Shown: one piece after another, positions 53,474 through 60,328 of the stretch
Position numbering within the stretch: position 1 is the stretch's first letter
Layout of the letters: the number at the start of each line of letters is the position of its first letter
Source: a virus
Lineage: Duplodnaviria; Caudoviricetes
Direction: 5' to 3' (one strand)
DNA length: 60,328 nt
IMG/VR virus record: IMGVR_UViG_3300042399_000237
Coordinates: 1-60,328 of that record
Program-made: the position numbers and the translations under genes
The notes under the pieces: generated by a model
What the model was told of the DNA's origin: nothing
The model's database searches: none
What the model saw: the letters and a program-made list of their open reading frames with translations, nothing else

Positions 53474-55617
53474 TAGCGTTCTCCGTCTGTCCTACCATCA
53501 AGCCTTGGTGTACCCAATGCCCACTGCGTTCCCAATCCATCAGAACTAATCTTTAGAGCTAACTGCCTTGCCCTAGCCCTAATGAAGATCTGTTCCGTAA
53601 ATGTATCTACTGATGCAGAAATGACACTAGCCGAATCATCAACATTACTGGCAAAAGATGACCCCGGAAAGTTCCTAGACCTCATTGTGAAGGTTGCTTC
53701 AGGAGCTACTGCAGTTGAGTTGTCAAATGAGACATCAGGAATTATCCGTCTGATAAGGGTGAACTTGTCGCCCTCATTGATATCAAAGTCATTTGACTGG
53801 ATATAGGACTCCATAGGGAGTCCATCATCGTCTATGCCGTCCTCATGATTTAGCAGAGTCCCAATCTGAGTATCAAAGTCTGTACGCACAGCTTGCGGAT
53901 GATCTCTTAAAGGAGAGTCCAGCCAAGCAGTCCTCTCTATGTTTCCGTAGTACCAGATCTTTTCAAGATGGTTGTAGATAACGTACTTGTCGTTTGTCTG
54001 GCTGGTTAGACTTGGATACATCCACCAGACCTCATTAAAGCCTTCGTTAGTGCCTGAGATAATTTGCTCGGCTTGATCAAAGTTCATGTCATTAAAGACA
54101 TAGTTTCTTAATGTCGTTGGCAATGTATCTACTCGACCTGAGTAAGAATAGAACTTATCTCTACCCATCCAGTAGGTAATGTTGTTAACAGTGGCTACGC
54201 CCCTACCGCTGAGTATTGATATGTTGTCTGCGTATTCTTGTATAGAGAATACATCTGTAGTCCCAGTGAACTGCAGGGTATATAGATGGGTGTCAGTAAA
54301 GACCAAGATTTCCTGCCTTGTTGCTACTGCCCTTATGATTCTAGATCCTCTAGATACAGCCAAGAATCCAGCAGAGGTTGAGGCACTAACGAGCCAATTG
54401 GAAGGCTCATTTTGATTAGCCCATCTTATTAACAGAGGATTGAATTTCTCTGCGGTTGTTTCGCCATACTCTGTTGCCCCAAACGCAATTAGATGCTTGT
54501 CATTCTGAGAGATAAGAATCTGCATTGCTTGAAACGGACACAAGGTAGGGTCAAAGCCATTGGCTGTTGCTACTTCCTGTAAAGATATTGCCCTCTCTGC
54601 TAAAGACAAATCAGCATCTGGGTCGCCCCCTCTTTCCCAATAATAAATACCCTCATTGCGGATATTCATAACTAGGTCATTATTGAAGTTATCAAACCAC
54701 CAGTCTCTTTGTGGCAGAGCAACTGGGTTGATTGTTCCAGATCCCCACCCACCCCTACTCCACCCCCCTACCCCCCACCCATACCCAAATGTCCCACCAA
54801 TGTCGCCAACATCTATCTCATAACTTCCAACGGTAGCTGCTCCTTGGGCTGACTGAATTCCTGCGCCTGTTGTGGTGATATTTATAGCCGCACCACCAAT
54901 AGTTAAAGAGAGTTCGCAGGTTGAGCCAGCCGGGGCTATTACATAATACTTTGTATCAATGACCAGAGGACTTGGCAGAGCAGAGGTTGTACTTACATAC
55001 AAAACATCATCAAGTACTGGGGTATATGTAGTGAATGTAATAACGTCTGAAACATTGGCGGTGAAGATGTTGGTTGATGCGTCTACAGAGGTTGCCAAAA
55101 CAGGCAGACCTGTTGTTGGGCTTTTGGCTTCGATGGTGTACTCAGAGCCACTAACAACTGTAGCAATCTTGTAATTCTGATTCAGGACTGCGGCAGTTAT
55201 ATTCCCACCCAGACCCAATGCTCCGCTAATGGTCACATAGTTTCCAGCAGAGGCTGAAACTCCAATATCTGTAACGGTGATTGTGGCTGAACCAGCAGTT
55301 GCTGAAAATGTTACGTCTCCAGCAGCAGATATATCTGCATATGGGGTGATATCAGAAAGGTTTCCGCCTGCCTCAATATAGACCTTTGCATTGGTCCCAA
55401 GACCAAGGAAGTTGTCAGAGAATGTGGTGATCCAGCCCCACATCTGACGGCAGGTTCCTATCAGGGTATTGGCGGTATATTCTCTCCAGCCGCCTAGTTT
55501 TTGTGGATAGCCTGAGTAGAAGCGTACCTTGTCGCCATCCCACCAGCCGCCTTCGCCAGTGTAATTGGTCTGATCTCGGACAACTCCCGGTCTGAACTGC
55601 AGTCTCTGGAATGCCAT
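53473..55617 (-). CDS. Tail hub / packaged-DNA stabilisation protein (P22 gp10-like)
   Basis: 714 aa; LQFRPG...WWDGDKVRF..G.PQKLGGW...IRW...EVWWMYPS...RARARQ...WALG.PRLD...DG.R. Confidence 0.7.
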   Translation of the reverse strand: MAFQRLQFRPGVVRDQTNYTGEGGWWDGDKVRFYSGYPQKLGGWREYTANTLIGTCRQMWGWITTFSDNFLGLGTNAKVYIEAGGNLSDITPYADISAAGDVTFSATAGSATITVTDIGVSASAGNYVTISGALGLGGNITAAVLNQNYKIATVVSGSEYTIEAKSPTTGLPVLATSVDASTNIFTANVSDVITFTTYTPVLDDVLYVSTTSALPSPLVIDTKYYVIAPAGSTCELSLTIGGAAINITTTGAGIQSAQGAATVGSYEIDVGDIGGTFGYGWGVGGWSRGGWGSGTINPVALPQRDWWFDNFNNDLVMNIRNEGIYYWERGGDPDADLSLAERAISLQEVATANGFDPTLCPFQAMQILISQNDKHLIAFGATEYGETTAEKFNPLLIRWANQNEPSNWLVSASTSAGFLAVSRGSRIIRAVATRQEILVFTDTHLYTLQFTGTTDVFSIQEYADNISILSGRGVATVNNITYWMGRDKFYSYSGRVDTLPTTLRNYVFNDMNFDQAEQIISGTNEGFNEVWWMYPSLTSQTNDKYVIYNHLEKIWYYGNIERTAWLDSPLRDHPQAVRTDFDTQIGTLLNHEDGIDDDGLPMESYIQSNDFDINEGDKFTLIRRIIPDVSFDNSTAVAPEATFTMRSRNFPGSSFASNVDDSASVISASVDTFTEQIFIRARARQLALKISSDGLGTQWALGTPRLDGRTDGER

Positions 55618-56078
55618 TATGCGTATAATCCCGGTAGGTATACGGTCTTAATATCCTTCCTGACCGCAGTTAATGCTTGGTTTATCAAGCGTTCTGGATT
55701 GTATGATACATGAACCCAGCCACTATCAGGGATACCTCTTGTGTAGAACTCCAAGATGACCTGTGTGAACTTAAAGTTCTGAGAGATATGCGAGGCAAGA
55801 TCATAATTAGCCATTCCCGGTATCTCTAAATCTGCAGCACATCCAGTCATATGGTCAGAGGTCTTAGAGCCGCCTGTAGCCTCGTTAACAGCCTTACATC
55901 TGTAACCGCTATTAATCTTAACTCTGCCAAACTTATCTCTAATCGGCTGTAATATCTTCTCGCATAGAACCCGTAGATTCTCTATCTCCGCCTTGGTTGG
56001 GATGTTGGGAATGTTTAAACGAAGGGCAGCCTCGCTCTTAACAAGCTCTTCTAGGGTGAAGTTCTTGGAGAGGTTCAT
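55617..56078 (-). CDS. Endolysin, peptidase M15A family
   Basis: LSKNFTLEEL...INSGYRC..VN...GG...SDH..G.AAD...WVHVS. Confidence 0.9.
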   Translation of the reverse strand: MNLSKNFTLEELVKSEAALRLNIPNIPTKAEIENLRVLCEKILQPIRDKFGRVKINSGYRCKAVNEATGGSKTSDHMTGCAADLEIPGMANYDLASHISQNFKFTQVILEFYTRGIPDSGWVHVSYNPERLINQALTAVRKDIKTVYLPGLYA

Positions 56079-56545
56079 TCTACTAATGCCTGCTTTCTAA
56101 CCCAATCTTGCAACGCCTCTAGCGTTGCTGAGTTCTGGTTGCACGAACTGTAATTGGCTGAGAGGGTATCGGCAAGGTCTTGAGCTTCAACGGAGGCTGC
56201 ATCAGCAGTTCCGGTGGCTTGGGAAAAGGGGTCTGCTGCGGCATCGTGGAACAGCCTGAAATCACCAGACAGAGAAGCAGTAGAAATTTTGGCATTTGTC
56301 AGTACCTCGCGTGACTTAGTTTGTATCTTTGCTACCGTATTTACATACTCTGTGGTCACTTGGTCTGAAATAACGACCTGTTCCTTGATAGCTGCGATGG
56401 TGTGTACCTGCGAGTCGATTACAGACTGCTGGCACGAACTTACGCCGATTCTGTTACCCAAGTATAGACCGCTACCGAATATCGTCACAGCGATGATTGT
56501 AGCGATGGTGATTTTGGTAGCCAAGGGAAGCGCCATCAGAAACAT
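56075..56545 (-). CDS. Rz: Rz-like inner-membrane spanin
   Basis: N-terminal TM segment and periplasmic helix; sits in the lysis cassette and contains a nested lipoprotein gene. Confidence 0.75.
   Translation of the reverse strand: MFLMALPLATKITIATIIAVTIFGSGLYLGNRIGVSSCQQSVIDSQVHTIAAIKEQVVISDQVTTEYVNTVAKIQTKSREVLTNAKISTASLSGDFRLFHDAAADPFSQATGTADAASVEAQDLADTLSANYSSCNQNSATLEALQDWVRKQALVE
56119..56295 (-). CDS. Rz1: Rz1-like outer-membrane lipoprotein spanin (embedded, +1 frame, 58 aa)
   Basis: MPKFLLLLCLVISG-CSTMPQQTPFPKPPELLMQPPLKLKTLPIP...; lipobox, Pro-rich; GAGG RBS. Confidence 0.8.
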   Translation of the reverse strand: MPKFLLLLCLVISGCSTMPQQTPFPKPPELLMQPPLKLKTLPIPSQPITVRATRTQQR

Positions 56546-56549
56546 CTTA

Positions 56550-56792
56550 TTATTCCCTATTGATTAGAGCAATCTTCTCCTGCCCTCTGCTGTGCGCTGA
56601 AATTCCGATTATTGCTCCAAAACTAAGATGAAAGACCCCTGCCCCTTGCAGGGTTAGGGGAGTCCATTGCTCAGGATGAAGCGTCATCCATAATACTGGA
56701 AAGACAGCAAAGTCCAGTATGCATATCAGAAGGTACAGCCATGCAGCGGATGGTCGCCACCGCGTAACAAACCAGCTTACGTTATTAGCCAC
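56550..56792 (-). CDS. Holin-like membrane protein
   Basis: RWRPSAAWLYL.IC..DF..FP...W.PLTLQGAG.FHLSFGAI.G; adjacent to spanin and endolysin. Confidence 0.75.
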   Translation of the reverse strand: MANNVSWFVTRWRPSAAWLYLLICILDFAVFPVLWMTLHPEQWTPLTLQGAGVFHLSFGAIIGISAHSRGQEKIALINRE

Positions 56793-56959
56793 ACCAGAAA
56801 ACCGATAATCAGTATCACTGTCATGCTTCTCTTGGATCTTTTAATTAGGTCTAGAAAGTTATCTGCAACAGGGTCAGCCTTGATGATAACCTCATCAACC
56901 TTGGCGACTACCTTCTCAACTTTATTTGCCGCATTAGAAATCTTCTGTTTTATAGCCAT
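56777..56959 (-). CDS. Small protein with C-terminal TM segment
   Basis: 60 aa; TAATG-coupled. Confidence 0.6.
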   Translation of the reverse strand: MAIKQKISNAANKVEKVVAKVDEVIIKADPVADNFLDLIKRSKRSMTVILIIGFLVWLIT

Positions 56960-57288
56960 TAGTCCACTCCATTGTTTAGAGTTATTCTAGCCGCCTTGGT
57001 TGTGTTAAGTAGGAGTTGCTGACCAGATTCATTAGCCTTGACCATCTCATTCCTAAATGACTCTACTGCAGCGCCAGTCTGCCTTTGCTGTTGACTATTT
57101 TCAATCAACAACATTGGGGTCCAGCAAAATGCACAGTCTCCGTTAGAAACCGTCTCGCCAGTCTGAGGATTTATACCCTGCACATGCACCCAGAACCGGC
57201 ATTTGACCAGCTCACCGTCTTTAATAGCGCCATCCTCGATGCACTCAGTACCCATCAATGGGCATAATACTTTAGCGTCTTTAGCCAT
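56959..57288 (-). CDS. Cys-rich phage protein downstream of the tail fibre
   Basis: CPL...C...C.FW..VQG.NPQTG...CA..W.P.LLIENS...TGAAVESFRNEMV. Confidence 0.75.
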   Translation of the reverse strand: MAKDAKVLCPLMGTECIEDGAIKDGELVKCRFWVHVQGINPQTGETVSNGDCAFCWTPMLLIENSQQQRQTGAAVESFRNEMVKANESGQQLLLNTTKAARITLNNGVD

Positions 57289-57289
57289 A

Positions 57290-58660
57290 TTAGTCCTTGC
57301 TGCAGAGTATCAGGTCAATATATTGAACAGCTAAGTTAATCGCTGTTCCTGTAAACGCAGCGGCTGAGTGGGTATGTGAGTCGCCACTTCCTGTGGCGTC
57401 CGTGGAATTTGATCCAGTCACTGTATTACCAGCTCTTGTTATAATAGAGTTAAAACTGCCTCCGCCAGTGCTAATAGTATGCGAGTGACTTGGAATTTGT
57501 GCTGTAGTCAGCGTAGTAGCTCCTGAAGCTCCGTTTGTCCCTGTAACAGCCTGACTAGAAAACGCAGTTGAAAAAGCAACTGACCCACCGCTAACTCCGC
57601 CGCTACCAGATACAACTCTTAACGCTTTATCATTTTGAGTGGTCAGCTTGGTCCATCCAGTAGGGGCGTTAGTATTGTAAAACGGGATAACCGTCCCTGC
57701 CGCAAAAGCTGCAGCAGCCGTTGAAGTCCACGCCGTTCCGTTAGAAGTTAACACATTTCCGGTCGTACTTGGGGCAACAGCTAATAAAGCGCCAGTTCCA
57801 TTCCCTATCAAGACGCTGTTTAAAGTAAGAGAGGATGACCCCGTACCACCATCAGCCACGGCTAAGTCAGTAATGCCTGTAATTGTCCCGCCAGTTATTG
57901 TGGCAGAATTAGTGGTTATTGATGTTAGTGTTGCGGTTCCAGCAGAAATAGACACCGAATTAGAATCTTGAACAGCCATGCTGCCCAGCCCCAACGATGT
58001 TCTGACTGTAGCTCCTGATTCAGCCACCCAATTTGTCCCGTCCCCAACTATAAAATTATTGTTTGTCTTAGCCAGCCCAGATATGTCTTGAAGACCAGCA
58101 TTGTATGCCTGAACGTCTGTGCCTATAGCCAGACCAAGACTCGTTCTAGCTGCGCTGGCGCTCGTTGCGTTGGTTCCACCAGAGGCAATTGGCACTGGGT
58201 TGGTAAGGGTTAGCGTTCCAATCTCTGCGGATGTAAGGTAATTAAGCTGATCTATTACGTTAGTCCCATCTACATACAGAAGTGCTTTTTTGCCATTAGG
58301 AATTGTTATTCCTGTGCCGCCTGATGTCTTTACTCTAATGCTCTGTGCGCCTGCCGTATCATTGTGAACAATGTATGTCTTCTCTATTGTCGGGACTATT
58401 AAGTCCCTAGTCACAGTAAGGGTTGTAGACATATCAGTGTCAACGTACAAGAACAGGTTTCTTGCGTCCTGACTGGAGTTTGACTCAGTAAGGGTAATGG
58501 TTTTATTTGCATCGCTGGTGTATTCAACCACGCCGCGACCAACAATAGCTTGCTCCAATCCGTTCTCAAGGTTGCTATTGGTTGTATCGCCCCATCCATT
58601 AACCTGATCGCCAGTAGCCATCAGCTCTATCTTTAGACTTGGTGTATATGTGCTTGCCAT
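57290..58660 (-). CDS. Tail fibre protein with collar domain and HxH tip
   Basis: MASTYT..LKIELMATG...WGDTTN; APTGW collar; IPSHSH...SHTH. Confidence 0.85.
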   Translation of the reverse strand: MASTYTPSLKIELMATGDQVNGWGDTTNSNLENGLEQAIVGRGVVEYTSDANKTITLTESNSSQDARNLFLYVDTDMSTTLTVTRDLIVPTIEKTYIVHNDTAGAQSIRVKTSGGTGITIPNGKKALLYVDGTNVIDQLNYLTSAEIGTLTLTNPVPIASGGTNATSASAARTSLGLAIGTDVQAYNAGLQDISGLAKTNNNFIVGDGTNWVAESGATVRTSLGLGSMAVQDSNSVSISAGTATLTSITTNSATITGGTITGITDLAVADGGTGSSSLTLNSVLIGNGTGALLAVAPSTTGNVLTSNGTAWTSTAAAAFAAGTVIPFYNTNAPTGWTKLTTQNDKALRVVSGSGGVSGGSVAFSTAFSSQAVTGTNGASGATTLTTAQIPSHSHTISTGGGSFNSIITRAGNTVTGSNSTDATGSGDSHTHSAAAFTGTAINLAVQYIDLILCSKD

Positions 58661-58670
58661 GATTTTCCCC

Positions 58671-59117
58671 TTATTTCCAAACTTCTACTGGAGGGGTAGC
58701 CCAAACTAAATCACCGGCAGTTGGATAAACAGCTATATTTCTAATCTCGTTACGATACGCTATAAACTCATCCTGATTTGCTAAATACGGGCTGTTAATA
58801 GGGTCAGCTACATCAGCTATGGTTGTCCAGTCAGTAGAACTTAAAATACCAGAAGCAGTTGCTTGATTCTCTGCGGCTGTAGGCGGCTCTGGAGGAATTG
58901 GGGTGTTAGCCACCGTCCATGCAGCCATTGCGTTATCTGCCCATTCTGGCAGCACTGTTATATCTTCGTTAGGCTGATCCACATACTCAATCCATCCAGC
59001 AACATCTTGCCATTGAAGAGCGTGTACATTAACGGGGGTTCCTTCCCATACCAGATTTAAATAACAGAGTCCGTCTTCATAGACAGCCTCATCGGAAGGT
59101 ATGATTGTTAGTTTCAT
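58671..59117 (-). CDS. Tail fibre assembly chaperone-like protein
   Basis: VHALQW...GWIEY; LSSTDWT...YRNEIRNI...W...P. Confidence 0.7.
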   Translation of the reverse strand: MKLTIIPSDEAVYEDGLCYLNLVWEGTPVNVHALQWQDVAGWIEYVDQPNEDITVLPEWADNAMAAWTVANTPIPPEPPTAAENQATASGILSSTDWTTIADVADPINSPYLANQDEFIAYRNEIRNIAVYPTAGDLVWATPPVEVWK

Positions 59118-59139
59118 TTGTTTGCTCCGGTTATATTAG

Positions 59140-60327
59140 TTAATCTTTTGTTGCAACAATTACATCTACATATGTTACCGCTAAGTTAATCGCTGTACCT
59201 GTAAACGTGGCGGCTGGGTGAGTATGTGACAGACCACCTCCTGCGTTGCCAGTTGACCCGCTGTTGCAGAAGCGTAGACTCGCTGCGCCACCAGTTGATC
59301 CATTGCTGGCTGATGTAACAACGGCAGATGTGTGAGAATGAGACGGTATTTGCGTTGTTGCTAAAGTGGTAGCTCCAGAAACCCCGTTTGTCCCCGCAAC
59401 AGCCTGACTTGCAAATGCCGTAGTAAACGCTACAGAGCCACCAGAACTTGCAGTTCCAGTAACAACCCTTAATGCTGAATTATCATTAGTTAAAACTTTT
59501 GTCCAGCCTGTAGGAGCAGCGGTCTGCTTAAATATCATTGCTGTTCCAGCGGGGAATCCCCCCGCAGACGGGGGGGTCTGCCAAGTTGCCGCCGTGCTGC
59601 TAGTTGCTATTAAGTATTGACCAACAGTAGGAGCCGTTGCAGATGACACATTCACTACTGTAGTGGCTGAATTAAGAGCATTGGTTGAATCACTTATACG
59701 AGCAGAATCAACTCTCACGCCATATGTTTGTGATCCATTCCATCCCATTAAAGTAGGATATGTCGCTGTCCACGCGAACGTTGAATTGGTGTTATTAACG
59801 CCAGAACCAGTTGGAGATGTGCTGGCTGAAGCATCAAATATAACGTGATTGTTTCCGTAGTTCTTCCAACCTAGCATGTTTGCTACAGCGCTTGATCTAT
59901 ATGTTGACCAGTTAGTTTGGTCACCGATGAATGTATAAGCCGTGCCTGTTGTATTCTGATTAAGCGTAGGAAAGTCTGCGGCTACCGCTATAGTTAATGC
60001 GCCAGTTGTAGTTGTACTCTTTAGTATGCCAGTAGCTAGGGCTGAAGTCCCTAGTGAGTAATCAGTGCCACTTGTTCCAGCACTTACAATCCCAGACACA
60101 TTACTGCCCTTCAACATGCCTGTTACTGTTGTTGTTAAGGTTATAGCCGGAGTAGATGTAGCCGTAGCTACTGTGCCAGCAAAGCCGTTGTTTGATACTA
60201 CTGAGACTGAAGTTACAGTACCTGTAGCCCCCGCAGCATTGCCATTTAACTTCTCTATTGCCTGAAGAATAGTATCTGTAGCCGCTACTGTACCCGCCCC
60301 TGATGTGTATCCAGTTAAGACCTTGCC
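59140..60327 (-). CDS. Tail fibre protein, C-terminal part (open to the right edge)
   Basis: The frame stays open upstream of 60117 to the edge; collar APTGW and HSH/HTH tip. Probably the continuation of the 1..1680 gene. Confidence 0.85.
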   Translation of the reverse strand, partial: GKVLTGYTSGAGTVAATDTILQAIEKLNGNAAGATGTVTSVSVVSNNGFAGTVATATSTPAITLTTTVTGMLKGSNVSGIVSAGTSGTDYSLGTSALATGILKSTTTTGALTIAVAADFPTLNQNTTGTAYTFIGDQTNWSTYRSSAVANMLGWKNYGNNHVIFDASASTSPTGSGVNNTNSTFAWTATYPTLMGWNGSQTYGVRVDSARISDSTNALNSATTVVNVSSATAPTVGQYLIATSSTAATWQTPPSAGGFPAGTAMIFKQTAAPTGWTKVLTNDNSALRVVTGTASSGGSVAFTTAFASQAVAGTNGVSGATTLATTQIPSHSHTSAVVTSASNGSTGGAASLRFCNSGSTGNAGGGLSHTHPAATFTGTAINLAVTYVDVIVATKD

Positions 60328-60328
60328 T
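60253..60328. repeat. Imperfect repeat shared with the left end (1-76)
   Basis: 72/76 identity. Confidence 0.9.

Noticed and set aside
57290-59560. Diversity-generating retroelement (TR/VR pair)
   Set aside because: No reverse transcriptase was seen, both copies are coding, and differences are not adenine-specific.
60253-60328. True direct terminal repeat
   Set aside because: Four mismatches to 1-76 and its position inside a coding repeat point to an assembly break, not a DTR.
1-60328. Frequent CTAG/TCTAGA sites
   Set aside because: A rough count of about 25 TCTAGA against about 15 expected (60328/4^6) is a modest excess that cannot be claimed without computation.
1-60328. Genome-wide stop-codon reassignment
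   Set aside because: Core genes are intact in the standard code and several end in TAG or TGA; only the CobT junction has a suggestive in-frame TAG.

Overview
A near-complete, probably circular genome of a tailed dsDNA phage with a Gram-negative host, inferred from an embedded Rz/Rz1 spanin pair. The contig breaks inside a repeat of one tail-fibre gene, which runs off both ends. The minus strand carries the late genes: TerS, a LexA-like DNA-binding protein, intein-containing TerL, portal, GroES, scaffold, Mu gpT-like capsid, an array of small basic GG-motif proteins, neck/tail proteins, lysis genes, putative ejection proteins and a 2732-aa polyvalent protein. The plus strand carries a putative early block (SprT-like protease, MoxR/CobS AAA+, split CobT/VWA, many small ORFs) and a recombination block (Cas4-like exonuclease, ERF, SSB-like, SleB-like hydrolase, Ref-like nuclease). 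A T7-type primase-helicase, a small HNH protein and RusA lie between them. I recognised no DNA polymerase, integrase, tRNA or CRISPR array. Main observations: (1) the TerL intein hides a complete endonuclease VII gene, with its own Shine-Dalgarno (SD), in a second reading frame; (2) the palindrome GTTTAAAC occurs at least 32 times; (3) a candidate ~80-nt anti-SD sRNA is complementary to the RBS of three phage genes; (4) small proteins share GG and C-terminal tags; (5) four covarying hairpins precede early genes; (6) GAAC-N4-GTTC boxes lie at the promoter upstream of the LexA-like gene. All protein calls come from motif recognition by eye, not database searches.
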